A DNA stretch of 32,000 nucleotides from Alkanindiges sp. WGS2144. Lineage in GTDB: Bacteria; Pseudomonadota; Gammaproteobacteria; Pseudomonadales; Moraxellaceae. Under the pieces are notes generated by a model, which saw nothing but the letters and a program-made list of their open reading frames with translations, had not been told where the DNA came from and made no database searches. The position numbers and the translations under genes are program-made. Shown in pieces: positions 18,666 to 27,354 of the stretch. The stretch's first letter is position 1. Every line of letters starts with the position of its first letter. The stretch lies in NCBI RefSeq assembly GCF_043950625.1, contig NZ_CP171007.1; one strand, given 5' to 3'.

Positions 18666-19142
18666 ATGAAATATCTTATTGCTTTTATGTGCTCTCTTTT
18701 CCTCTCTGCCTGTACACTAATGAACAATCACTCTTCTGATAAATTAGAAGTAGGAAGCTCCTTAAAAATTACCAAAAGTATTTTAAAGAATGAAAGTGAT
18801 CTTTACTATTATATAGGCAATAAACATATTAACCAAACCAATGACTTAATTTATAAGAAAATTTTGTTCAAGTTGGGTGTTTTGAATGATTTCGCAACAT
18901 ATTTAAAAACAGACTTAACGAGCTTAGAACTAAATTCTATGCGAGAAATAAATGCTTATTGCCTTGCTACAGACTTTGTGTTGAATTACAAATCACAAAT
19001 TTTACCGCCTAACGAAATGTATCAACCTTTATTAATTGAATTGAAAAAGAATCAACTTATCTGGATTGATAGACTTAGCGAGAATAAACAAGTAGAGATT
19101 AATTATTCCTGTTTAGAGAAACTTAAATTGCAGACTACGTAA
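18666..19142 (+). CDS. Lipoprotein (paralog 2), candidate periplasmic immunity protein
   Basis: 158-aa ORF with signal peptide and lipobox MKYLIAFMCSLFLSAC. Its ATG overlaps the stop of paralog 1 (ATGA at 18666-18669). It shares the colinear motifs KLGxxxD, NxxCLAxxxxxNY, WIxxL and CLxK with paralog 1. Confidence 0.8.
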   Translation: MKYLIAFMCSLFLSACTLMNNHSSDKLEVGSSLKITKSILKNESDLYYYIGNKHINQTNDLIYKKILFKLGVLNDFATYLKTDLTSLELNSMREINAYCLATDFVLNYKSQILPPNEMYQPLLIELKKNQLIWIDRLSENKQVEINYSCLEKLKLQTT

Positions 19143-19243
19143 AGTCTAATGATTATAATTCTAGGGTTGACGAATATAATAAAACTTATCATAAATAAGA
19201 TTAGACCTCTTGCGAAAGTAAAAACTGCCTCAATATAGATTTC

Positions 19244-19642
19244 ATGAAATATCAGAAATTAAACCGTTTTTCAGATTCTGAATTCAAGCGCTTGGTTGGT
19301 GTACCTCGACCAGTTTTTAGTGAAATGGTCGAAGTTTTAAAAGAAGCAGAATCACTTAAAAAGAAATCTGGGCGTCCTCATACTTTAGTTATAGAGGATC
19401 AATTATTATTAACACTCAATTACTTACGGAATTACAGCACTCAATTGGAATTGGCTGCAAATTACCATATCGCTGAAAGTAATGTGAATCGAACTATTAA
19501 AAAGGTTGAAGATGCATTAATGAAATCAAGACGTTTTACCCTGCCAAAACGAAGCATTACAACAGCAGACGAACAATTTAACTGGGTCATTATTGATGCT
19601 ACAGAATGTTCAATAGAACGCCCGAAAAAAAAATCAGAGTAA
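19244..19642 (+). CDS. IS transposase OrfA, copy 2
   Basis: The protein is identical to 17568-17966. Confidence 0.85.
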   Translation: MKYQKLNRFSDSEFKRLVGVPRPVFSEMVEVLKEAESLKKKSGRPHTLVIEDQLLLTLNYLRNYSTQLELAANYHIAESNVNRTIKKVEDALMKSRRFTLPKRSITTADEQFNWVIIDATECSIERPKKKSE

Positions 19643-19736
19643 GTTCTACAGTGGTAAAAAGAAGAAACATACTGAATAGCCACCGATTTTGTAGACACCT
19701 TTTAGTTAGATAAAATGGCTAATTAACGAGGTGCTT

Positions 19737-20015
19737 ATGAGCAGTAAACGATACCCTGAAGAATTCAAAATTGAAGCAGTAAAACAAGTCACTGAGAAAG
19801 GTCATAGTGTGGCTGAAGTTGCTACACGTTTAGGAACCACTACACATAGTCTGTATGCTTGGATCAAACGTTATGATCCACAGCAGCCCAAGACAACAGA
19901 ATCTAGTGATCCAACTACAGAATTAGCGAAATTAAAAAAAGAGCTGCAAAGGGTCACTGAAGAAAGGGACATATTAAAAAAGGCCGCGGTGTACTTCGCA
20001 AGCCAGTCCAAATGA
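19737..20015 (+). CDS. IS3-family transposase OrfA (HTH)
   Basis: MSSKRYPEEFKIEAVKQVTEKGHSVAEVATRLGTTTHSLYAWIKRY...LKKELQRVTEERDILKKAAVYFA is the typical IS3 OrfA HTH plus leucine zipper. GAGG lies upstream of ATG 19737. Confidence 0.9.
   Translation: MSSKRYPEEFKIEAVKQVTEKGHSVAEVATRLGTTTHSLYAWIKRYDPQQPKTTESSDPTTELAKLKKELQRVTEERDILKKAAVYFASQSK
19976..19982 (+). promoter_or_regulatory. A_AAA_AAG programmed -1 frameshift heptamer of the IS3 element
   Basis: TTA AAA AAG is in the orfA frame. The -1 frame is open from here into orfB (KKGRGVLRKPVQMRYAF...). Confidence 0.7.
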
Positions 20016-20884
20016 GGTACGCCTTTATTCGGGACAACCAACATATATGGTCTGTTCGTCGTTTATGTTCAACGTTAGATGTTCATCACAGTGGTTATTA
20101 CGCCTGGTTAAAGAAACCTACCAGTATAACTGCGAGGAAGCGGCAACAGCTTTCAGGATTAATTAAACAGTTCTGGTTGGAATCTGGCGGAGTCTACGGT
20201 TATCGCAAGATTCATTGTGATTTGAAAGACGTTGGCGAAAGTTGCGGTATCAATCGAGTACATCGACTCATGAAGGCGAATGGTCTCAAGTCACAGCGTG
20301 GCTATCGCAAACCTAGAGCTAATGTTAGTACTCCATCGATTGTGGCTCGAAATACTTTAGACAGACAGTTTAACCCCACCCAGCCCAACCAGTTGTGGGT
20401 GACTGACATCACTTATATTCGCACTCATGAAGGATGGCTGTATCTTGCAGTAGTAATCGACCTATTCTCACGGCTAGTCGTTGGCTGGTCTATGAAGTCG
20501 AGAATCACAACAGATCTGGTTTTAGATGCTCTACTGATGGCTTTGTGGCGAAGAAGCCCAAAGAACAAAGTCCTGATTCATTCTGATCAAGGTAGCCAAT
20601 ACACCAGTCATGAATGGCAGACATTTCTCAAGCATCACAACCTTGAAAGCAGTATGAGCCGGCGTGGAAACTGCCATGATAATGCTGTTGCTGAGAGCTT
20701 CTTTCAGCTGTTAAAGCGAGAGAGGATCAAGAAGAAAATCTATGTGACAAGAACTGAAGCAAGGTCGGATATCTTTGAATATATAGAGATGTTCTATAAC
20801 TCAAAACGCAGACATGGTTCCAATGGTCAGCGTTCTCCATTAGATTATGAAAAGGCCCATCAAAAGATGGTTATGTGTGTCTAG
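20012..20884 (+). CDS. IS3-family transposase OrfB (DDE integrase core)
   Basis: 290-aa ORF in the -1 frame relative to orfA. It carries the rve-type motifs WVTDITYIRT, LYLAVVIDLFSR, HSDQGSQYTS and CHDNAVAESFF. Confidence 0.92.
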   Translation: MRYAFIRDNQHIWSVRRLCSTLDVHHSGYYAWLKKPTSITARKRQQLSGLIKQFWLESGGVYGYRKIHCDLKDVGESCGINRVHRLMKANGLKSQRGYRKPRANVSTPSIVARNTLDRQFNPTQPNQLWVTDITYIRTHEGWLYLAVVIDLFSRLVVGWSMKSRITTDLVLDALLMALWRRSPKNKVLIHSDQGSQYTSHEWQTFLKHHNLESSMSRRGNCHDNAVAESFFQLLKRERIKKKIYVTRTEARSDIFEYIEMFYNSKRRHGSNGQRSPLDYEKAHQKMVMCV

Positions 20885-20903
20885 AATTTTGGTGGCTATT
20901 CAT

Positions 20904-21299
20904 ACGCTAAAAGCCCAAGTGATCTATCATCCGAAGAGCAAACAAATCATAGGAGTAGATATATCGTCTGGCAGTCAGCATGATATTAAATTGGCAAGAA
21001 AAACAGTAAAAAAATTCAAACATTTTGAATATGTTATGACCGATTTAGGGTACTATGGGTTAGAGCAAGATGGCTTTAAATTATTGATGCCAATAAAGAA
21101 AAAGAAGAATTTACCCTTATTTGATGTTGAGAAAAAGTACAATAAAATGATTGGAAAAATACGAGTTGTAATCGAACATATTAACAGTCAATTGAAAAGA
21201 TTTAGAATACTAAGTGAACGCTATCGAAATCGACGGAAAAGATTCGGTTTACGCATTAACTTAATCGCTGCACTGGTAAACCGGATGAACTTGCAATAA
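20904..21299 (+). pseudogene. 3' portion of IS copy-2 OrfB, separated from its 5' part by the IS3 insertion
   Basis: It has the same reading frame and protein as 17995-18390. The track ORF 20847-21299 is a read-through from the IS3 end into this fragment. Confidence 0.85.
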
Positions 21300-21539
21300 C
21301 GACTTTCGCAAGAGGTCTAATCTTTATAAAAAATTTGATTTTCAAGCTTACGGCGTAGAACCAAAAGCATTAAAAAACAACAATGAATATACTCATGAAA
21401 TTTTAATGAAGCTTTTTTTATTATAGGGCTTTCTTATAAAAGCCTCTTTGCCTTAGATATTAGCAAACTATTAAACTGGCATGATGTGCCTCAATAACCC
21501 ACCACGCCAGCTTTCTAGCTTTAATATCTATTAAAAACT

Positions 21540-24245
21540 CTAACCCTCAACCCATTTGCCATCCTTAAACACCAGTGTCCATTTGGTCGGCTTGCCATCT
21601 TTTTCTGAAGAAATGTACTGGGCGCTATTTTTGCGGCTCCAGCGCAGGATAGTGGGATTACCTTCGGGATCTGTATCAGGTGCCTTAAGCAAATACTGAT
21701 ATTTTGGTGCCAGTTGATCTTTTACCGTACGCAACTCACTAATGGCAGGGGTACGGGTTTCACGCACCTTGGGAAATTTGCTGGCCGCCAAAAATAAACC
21801 AGCAGCACCATCACGCAATACAAAATGGTCATCAAATTTCTTTGAGCGCAAATGTGGCATATCAATCGGGTCTTCGCGTGGTGGAGCAGCCTCCCCGCTT
21901 TTTAGCACTTTACGCGTATTATCGCAGCTATTGCAGGCAAAATAAGGTCCAAAACGGCCAGTTTTTAACTGCATTTCACCATTACACTTGTCACAGGGAA
22001 TGGTTGGGCCATCATAACCCTTGATTTTAAAAGTCCCTTCCTCAACCAGATAGCCTTCACAATCCGGGTTGTTGCCGCACACATGCAGTTTACGGCCACC
22101 ATCAATAAAATAGCTATCCATGGCAGTATCACATTTCGGGCAGCGCTTCTTGGCCATTAAATCAGCAGTTTCTGCACTGTCATCCGCATCTGCCAGCGCC
22201 GCCAGCGACTCAACCGGTGTCAGGTTCAAAGTGCCTTTGCAGCGCTCCTTGGGCGGCAGGTTGTAGCCTGAACAACCCAGAAACACTCCGGTTGAACCGG
22301 TACGAATCTGCATGGCACGGTCGCATTCCTTGCAGTGCACATCGGACACCTCTACCGGCTGATTACGGCGCATACCGCCTTCTTGTGCCTTGGCATGCTC
22401 CAGCTTGATTTTAAAGTCACTATAAAAGCTGTCCAGTAGGTTTTTCCAGTCGCGCTCGCCGGTAGCTACCTTATCCAGTTGTCCTTCCAGATCAGCGGTA
22501 AAGGTGTAATCCATCAGGTTACTAAAATTTTCATTGAGACGATCAGTCACGATATCGCCCATTTTCTCGGCATACAGGCGCTTATTTTCCAGTTTTACAT
22601 AGCCGCGATCCTGAATGGTGGAGATAATTGCAGCATAAGTTGACGGTCGGCCAATGCCTTTTTTCTCAAGTTCTTTGACCAGTGAGGCTTCAGTATAACG
22701 CGCTGGCGGTTTGGTAAAATGCTGGCTAGGATCAAGTTTCAGCAGTTTTAATTGCTCACCCACTTTGACGCTAGGCAACAGGACGTCATCATCCTGCTTG
22801 TTGGCGCCGCGCACCCGGGTAAAGCCATCAAATACCAGCGTGCGACCACGTGCCTTTAGCTCAATACCATTGGCTTCAACCGTAATGGTGGAAGATAGGT
22901 ACTCTGCTGGGGTCATCTGGCAGGATACAAACTGACGCCAGATCAAGTCATACAGACGCTGTGCATCGCGTTCCATGGTGGTGAGCTGGCTACCAGTTAA
23001 ACCCACACTGGATGGACGAATGGCCTCATGCGCTTCTTGTGCGCCTGCCTTGTTGCCATAGCGGTTTGGTTTGGCAGGCAGGTATTTTGACCCGTACTCA
23101 TGCTCAATATGATGGCGCACCATATTGACTGCATCGTCGCTTAAGTAGGTCGAGTCAGTACGCATATAGGTAATAAACCCCCCTTCATACAAGCGTTGCG
23201 CCAGCGTCATGGTTTTTTTCACTGAAAAACCAAGCCGTGTGCTGGCTGCCTGTTGCAAGGTCGAGGTGATATACGGTGCGCTTGGATTGGTTTTGGTGGG
23301 TTTGTCTTCACGTGCTGTAATGGTGTACTTGGCGTCTTTAAGCACGGCCAGCACGGCATCAGCTTGTGCCTTGTTTTGCAGCTTTAAGGTCTTACCATTT
23401 TGCTTGATGGCTTCCAGGCGAATTTCATCGTTTTGTTTGGCTTTTTGAGAGAGTGTATCGGCAAAAATTTGCCAGTATTCTTCTGGCACAAAAGCACGAA
23501 TTTCACGCTCACGCTCCACTACTAGCTTGACGGCCACCGACTGCACGCGGCCAGCCGATAAGCCACGGGCAATTTTTTCCCACAATAAGGGCGATACCAT
23601 AAAGCCCACCACCCGGTCTAAAAAGCGACGGGCCTGCTGCGCATTGACTTTATCTGTATCCAAACGTCCTGGAGTTTTAAAAGCTTCCTGAATGGCATTT
23701 TTGGTAATTTCATTGAACACCACGCGGCGATAGCGCTCAGGTTTTCCACCAATGACTTGCTGCAAGTGCCAGGCAATGGCTTCCCCTTCCCTGTCCAAAT
23801 CCGTTGCCAGATAGACTTCATCCACCTGTTTGGCCAGCTTTTTTAGCTCGCTAACCACATTTTCCTTGCCGGGCAACACTTCATAATGTGCCTGCCAGCC
23901 ATGCTCAGGGTCAACGCCCATGCGGTTAACCAGTGCCTGCTGGGCTTTTGCTTCTTTCTCTTCGGCTGTCAGCTTGGCCTTGGCTGGTGCTTTGGCAGCC
24001 GTTGATTTGCCACTGCCACTGGTTGGCAGGTCGCGTACGTGGCCTACACTGGATTTGACAATATAATCCTTGCCCAGATACTTATTAATGGTTTTGGCTT
24101 TGGCAGGTGACTCTACAATAACCAGTGCCCGCGCCTTTTTACCAGTAGTGGTCGTCTGGTCAGCATCTGGCAGAATTGCAGGATCTGCCGTCTTGCGGCC
24201 TGCTTTGGCAGATGTTTTAATGTTAGAGCGAGGCGCTGTTGACAT
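21540..24245 (-). CDS. topA: DNA topoisomerase I
   Basis: 901-aa ORF with the Toprim start [31 protein letters not shown], the active-site region ITYMRTDS and multiple C-terminal Cys4 zinc-ribbon repeats. Confidence 0.96.
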   Translation of the reverse strand: MSTAPRSNIKTSAKAGRKTADPAILPDADQTTTTGKKARALVIVESPAKAKTINKYLGKDYIVKSSVGHVRDLPTSGSGKSTAAKAPAKAKLTAEEKEAKAQQALVNRMGVDPEHGWQAHYEVLPGKENVVSELKKLAKQVDEVYLATDLDREGEAIAWHLQQVIGGKPERYRRVVFNEITKNAIQEAFKTPGRLDTDKVNAQQARRFLDRVVGFMVSPLLWEKIARGLSAGRVQSVAVKLVVEREREIRAFVPEEYWQIFADTLSQKAKQNDEIRLEAIKQNGKTLKLQNKAQADAVLAVLKDAKYTITAREDKPTKTNPSAPYITSTLQQAASTRLGFSVKKTMTLAQRLYEGGFITYMRTDSTYLSDDAVNMVRHHIEHEYGSKYLPAKPNRYGNKAGAQEAHEAIRPSSVGLTGSQLTTMERDAQRLYDLIWRQFVSCQMTPAEYLSSTITVEANGIELKARGRTLVFDGFTRVRGANKQDDDVLLPSVKVGEQLKLLKLDPSQHFTKPPARYTEASLVKELEKKGIGRPSTYAAIISTIQDRGYVKLENKRLYAEKMGDIVTDRLNENFSNLMDYTFTADLEGQLDKVATGERDWKNLLDSFYSDFKIKLEHAKAQEGGMRRNQPVEVSDVHCKECDRAMQIRTGSTGVFLGCSGYNLPPKERCKGTLNLTPVESLAALADADDSAETADLMAKKRCPKCDTAMDSYFIDGGRKLHVCGNNPDCEGYLVEEGTFKIKGYDGPTIPCDKCNGEMQLKTGRFGPYFACNSCDNTRKVLKSGEAAPPREDPIDMPHLRSKKFDDHFVLRDGAAGLFLAASKFPKVRETRTPAISELRTVKDQLAPKYQYLLKAPDTDPEGNPTILRWSRKNSAQYISSEKDGKPTKWTLVFKDGKWVEG

Positions 24246-24277
24246 GGTCTTTCAGTATTCTCAAAAAATTAAAAGGT

Positions 24278-24745
24278 TCAGGTTTTTAGATTTGCAGCCT
24301 GTTGTGCAAGTGACATAAGGATGGTTTTCATTTTTTCAAGGTGCGACCCATGCAGGTCGCTATCCTCATCCCAATACATACCTACACAATTGGCCTGCAT
24401 TTCTAGCGCGTATATTCCCTTTAAATCGATGACTTGTCCATCAAATTGCGTATTTCCCTGCCTGACACGCAGCTTTTGCTGCTCAACCAGCGCCTGCATA
24501 AGGGGCAACCGGGCGTCAGACAGTAAAACACTATAAAAAGCCACCATGCCGCCGGGCTTCCCCGAAGGGGAGATATGCTCAATCCAATCAGGTGCAGCAA
24601 TCAGGCGCGGATGCAGGTTCATCTTGCGTGCCCGATCACGCATCTGCCCCAGCGCCTTCTCGCGTGGGCTAACCCGTAAGCCCAAAATGGAACCCAGAAT
24701 AAAAATAATGATAAAACCTATTACCCAGTAAGCAGTTGTGCTCAT
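24278..24745 (-). CDS. Hypothetical membrane-anchored protein (one N-terminal TM)
   Basis: 155-aa ORF located 32 bp upstream of topA on the same strand. The N-terminus YWVIGFIIIFILGSILGL is hydrophobic. I recognise no motif. Confidence 0.6.
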   Translation of the reverse strand: MSTTAYWVIGFIIIFILGSILGLRVSPREKALGQMRDRARKMNLHPRLIAAPDWIEHISPSGKPGGMVAFYSVLLSDARLPLMQALVEQQKLRVRQGNTQFDGQVIDLKGIYALEMQANCVGMYWDEDSDLHGSHLEKMKTILMSLAQQAANLKT

Positions 24746-24944
24746 CAGCAGTCTCTAATGACATGTTATATTCTCTTTAGCTTGCCTAGGCCGGTGAATA
24801 AAGACAAGTTTTTAGTTTATTTATGGCATCTGTGTAAAAACAAACCCATGATAAATTAATCTCTATAACGAAACGTTTAGTGCCGAGCATTCAGGTTTCT
24901 GCCTATCACGCGCTTTTGCCCAGCAACACCTCCTCAGGTAGGCT

Positions 24945-25778
24945 ATGATAAAGCGATCTTTTATTACTTATTGTGAAGCTCTCATGTCACTTGCCTGCCT
25001 TGTCTCACCGCATCAACACCTGAATATTACCCTCCACGATAATGGTATTCTGGAACTGGTACTTAACCGGCCAGAACGCAAAAATGCCCTATTTGGAGAC
25101 TTTTATCTGGCGCTGACACAGGCACTCAACGAAGCCGACTTGTCAGATGCGGTGCGCGTGGTTCTTTTGCGTGGTGAGAAGGATTTTTGTGCAGGCAATG
25201 ATTTACAAGACTTTATTGATCATCCACCTACCACTCCTGATGCTCCGGCGTTTTTATTATTGCGTGCTGCTGCCAGTTTAACCAAGCCTTTGGTAGTAGC
25301 AGTTCAAGGGGTAGCCATTGGCATTGGCTCGACTATTTTACTGCATGCTGATCTGGTATATAGCGATAGTCATGCGCGTTTTCAGTTGCCGTTTTTAAAT
25401 CTGGGATTAGTGCCAGAAGGCGGTTCTACCTTGTTGCTGCCGCAGCGTGCCGGTTACTTAAAAGCAGCCGAATTGCTACTGCTGGGTGAACCATTTAATG
25501 CACAGACTGCCCTGCTGGCTGGTCTGGTCACGCAAGTTATAGAAGAACAGGATACGTATCAATATGCCCATGCCAAGGCTGCCCAGGTAGCCCGGCTACC
25601 ATTAGCTACAGTGAAGCTGACCAAACAGCTTTTGCGCGGCGGGAATAGTGACGTTATAGCCCGTATTAATGAAGAAGGCACACATTTTATTGAACGTGCC
25701 CAGTCAAAAGCCTTACATGAGGCGGTCGCAGCATTTAAGGAAAAACGGATGCCAGATTTTAAGCAGTTTGAAGACTAA
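24945..25778 (+). CDS. Enoyl-CoA hydratase/isomerase (crotonase) family protein
   Basis: Crotonase pattern LNRPERKNAL ... FCAGNDL ... KPLVVAVQGVAIGIGSTILLHADL. An alternative start at ATG 24984 (MSLACLV...) is plausible. Confidence 0.85.
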   Translation: MIKRSFITYCEALMSLACLVSPHQHLNITLHDNGILELVLNRPERKNALFGDFYLALTQALNEADLSDAVRVVLLRGEKDFCAGNDLQDFIDHPPTTPDAPAFLLLRAAASLTKPLVVAVQGVAIGIGSTILLHADLVYSDSHARFQLPFLNLGLVPEGGSTLLLPQRAGYLKAAELLLLGEPFNAQTALLAGLVTQVIEEQDTYQYAHAKAAQVARLPLATVKLTKQLLRGGNSDVIARINEEGTHFIERAQSKALHEAVAAFKEKRMPDFKQFED

Positions 25779-25821
25779 AGCGACCTTGCTGAGTATTTTT
25801 TACGCTTATATTAGTCTGTAG

Positions 25822-25855
25822 GCACGGTAGAAGCAGATGACTTATCGCTACCGTG
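25822..25855. terminator. Hairpin between convergent genes
   Basis: A 9-bp perfect inverted repeat GCACGGTAG ... CTACCGTGC is followed by TTTA. Confidence 0.5.
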
Positions 25856-25890
25856 CTTTAATTAACCATTCACTTATTCAAAGACTTGGA

Positions 25891-26328
25891 TTATTTAGGG
25901 CGAATGATCATATTCGTAGCGGTGGCATGGGCGTACAGTTTACCCTCTTCATCGCGCAAATAGCCTTCAGAAATCACCAGATTACGGCTTGTATTAATCA
26001 CCTTACCTTCGGCAATCAGCTTTTTATTAAAAGGAATAGGACGACAGATTTTTATATTTAAATCCGTGGTGCCGTAACCTTCGCCTGCCGCCAGCATGGT
26101 ATGCGCCGCGCAACCGGTTACCGAGTCAAGCACTGTGGCAGCAAAACCACCATGCACGCCACCTAAAGGATTAGTATGGCGTTCATCCGCGATGGCACTC
26201 ACTACCACCCGGCCTTGCGATGCTTCTATTGGTTTCATGGGCATGGTTTTGGCAATACCCGGCTCTGGAAACAGCCCTGCACCAAACGCCTGCATAATTT
26301 CAAGACCAGTCATTTCAAATGGATTCAT
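25891..26328 (-). CDS. PaaI-family (hotdog fold) thioesterase
   Basis: The motif NPLGGVHGGFAATVLDSVTGCA is the PaaI/4HBT signature. GGAG lies 7 nt upstream of the ATG. Confidence 0.85.
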   Translation of the reverse strand: MNPFEMTGLEIMQAFGAGLFPEPGIAKTMPMKPIEASQGRVVVSAIADERHTNPLGGVHGGFAATVLDSVTGCAAHTMLAAGEGYGTTDLNIKICRPIPFNKKLIAEGKVINTSRNLVISEGYLRDEEGKLYAHATATNMIIRPK

Positions 26329-26357
26329 GTTTTTACTCCGTAATATAAGAGGCTGAT

Positions 26358-27212
26358 TTAGCTGACTAATGGGCTAGCAGGCTGGATACCAATTTTGGCC
26401 TTGGTTTTAGTCACCAGCTCATCGATTTGAGTATCATTAGGATGAAAATCGAAGCGGTAGTACTCCAGCATTTTTGGGGTTAACTTTTTAAGATTGGTGC
26501 CCATAAATCTGGCGTATTTCGCCCAGGATTTTATATTCGACAGTTGCTTGTCCTGCGCCATTAACCTGACCTGATAGACATAGCTCAGTGCCATAATCAC
26601 CGTAAAGCCAAAGGTAAACAACGCAACTCGTGGTATATAGGCATCAAGCCCTTTACCGTACAGATATTCATATAAATCAAATGCCAGTGCTTTATGCTCG
26701 GTTTCCTCAATACTATGCCACAGCCACAGGTTACGAATGGTGGTATCGGTCATTAGCGTGTTGGTGGTTCTCATCATTTCTTCTACCAGTACAGCGGTAT
26801 AATGTTCCACCCCAACAGTTACCAGCAAATTCCATTTTTGAGGAAAAATCCGCTCAATGGTTTTCATAACAACACCAGTGGCTTTTTCCAGTGCCTCCAG
26901 GTCTAAACCATGTTGCTGGGCACTGAGGTGAAAAGCGTGATGCTCTTTGGAATGCATGGCTTCCTGACCAATAAACGCCCCAATATCACGGTCTAGCGCT
27001 GCATCATCTTTAGCCAGATGGCGTACTGCACGAACAGAACGCACAAAAAACGCCTCGCCTTCTGGAAATAAAGTCGATAAGCCAGTGAAAAAATGGGTCA
27101 GTGCCGGATCATGGTCACACCAGTATTTTGGCAGGTCATTAAATTGATAATCCATACGACGCACAGGAAATGAAGCAGACGGTCTCGGTTTGGTTTTTAG
27201 CTTGGTTGACAT
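26358..27212 (-). CDS. Predicted metal-dependent hydrolase (PF10118-like)
   Basis: 284-aa ORF with the His-rich segments FIGQEAMHSKEHHAFH and WHSIEETEHKA. The family assignment is from memory of this architecture. Confidence 0.7.
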   Translation of the reverse strand: MSTKLKTKPRPSASFPVRRMDYQFNDLPKYWCDHDPALTHFFTGLSTLFPEGEAFFVRSVRAVRHLAKDDAALDRDIGAFIGQEAMHSKEHHAFHLSAQQHGLDLEALEKATGVVMKTIERIFPQKWNLLVTVGVEHYTAVLVEEMMRTTNTLMTDTTIRNLWLWHSIEETEHKALAFDLYEYLYGKGLDAYIPRVALFTFGFTVIMALSYVYQVRLMAQDKQLSNIKSWAKYARFMGTNLKKLTPKMLEYYRFDFHPNDTQIDELVTKTKAKIGIQPASPLVS

Positions 27213-27354
27213 GGGAAACCCTCATTTATCTACTAAGTTCCATTTTGAAACCGACTAAAAACAACATAGCTGTGCTAAAATATTTTGTCAATAAGACCTA
27301 CCATCATTGGGCGAAGATTGTCCTGAAATGATGATTGTTTGCCTATAAGGATAA

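Larger units (their letters stand above)
17307..18669 (+). pseudogene. Lipoprotein gene (paralog 1) interrupted by IS insertion
   Basis: The 5' part (17307-17523) encodes the signal peptide and lipobox MKLFVIVFLCLSSSIAC. The 3' part (18413-18669) is open in one frame: TNILGTTLNDSNYFDLWETNTLCLAANYAINY...CLDKISKQALKK. Removing the 889-bp IS unit (17524-18412) rebuilds a GAT codon and gives a continuous 157-aa ORF. That ORF is colinear with the 158-aa neighbour. Confidence 0.75.
19673..20902 (+). mobile_element. IS3-family insertion sequence (1230 bp) nested inside IS copy 2
   Basis: The ends are TG...CA. The imperfect 26-bp IRs match at 22 of 26 positions: TGAATAGCCACCGATTTTGTAGACAC at 19673-19698 against the reverse complement of 20877-20902. 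A 3-bp direct duplication TAC (19670-19672 and 20903-20905) flanks the element, whereas copy 1 has a single TAC. The element has the orfA/orfB -1 frame arrangement. Confidence 0.93.
19200..21321 (+). mobile_element. IS5/Harbinger-like IS, copy 2, interrupted by an IS3-family element
   Basis: The same 20-bp IRs lie at 19200-19219 and 21302-21321. The length is 2122 bp, which is 889 bp plus 1233 bp (IS3 plus a 3-bp duplication). It is in the same orientation as copy 1. I found only two differences from copy 1: 17855 G versus 19531 A, and 18030 T versus 20939 C. Both are synonymous. Confidence 0.9.

Noticed and set aside
20847-21299. 150-aa ORF in the track that looks like a longer variant of the IS OrfB.
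   Set aside because: It is a chimeric read-through. The first about 19 codons come from the right end of the nested IS3 element, and the rest is the displaced 3' part of IS copy-2 OrfB.
17526-21319. The two long identical stretches (17524-18412 and 19200-21321), considered as a possible CRISPR-like or gene-duplication repeat.
   Set aside because: They have terminal inverted repeats and encode a transposase, so they are IS copies. There is no short regular repeat-spacer periodicity anywhere in the window.
24130-24245. About 38-aa basic N-terminal extension of TopA relative to E. coli TopA.
   Set aside because: No alternative in-frame start lies closer to the Toprim motif. Such lineage-specific basic tails are plausible, and I cannot judge novelty without a database comparison.
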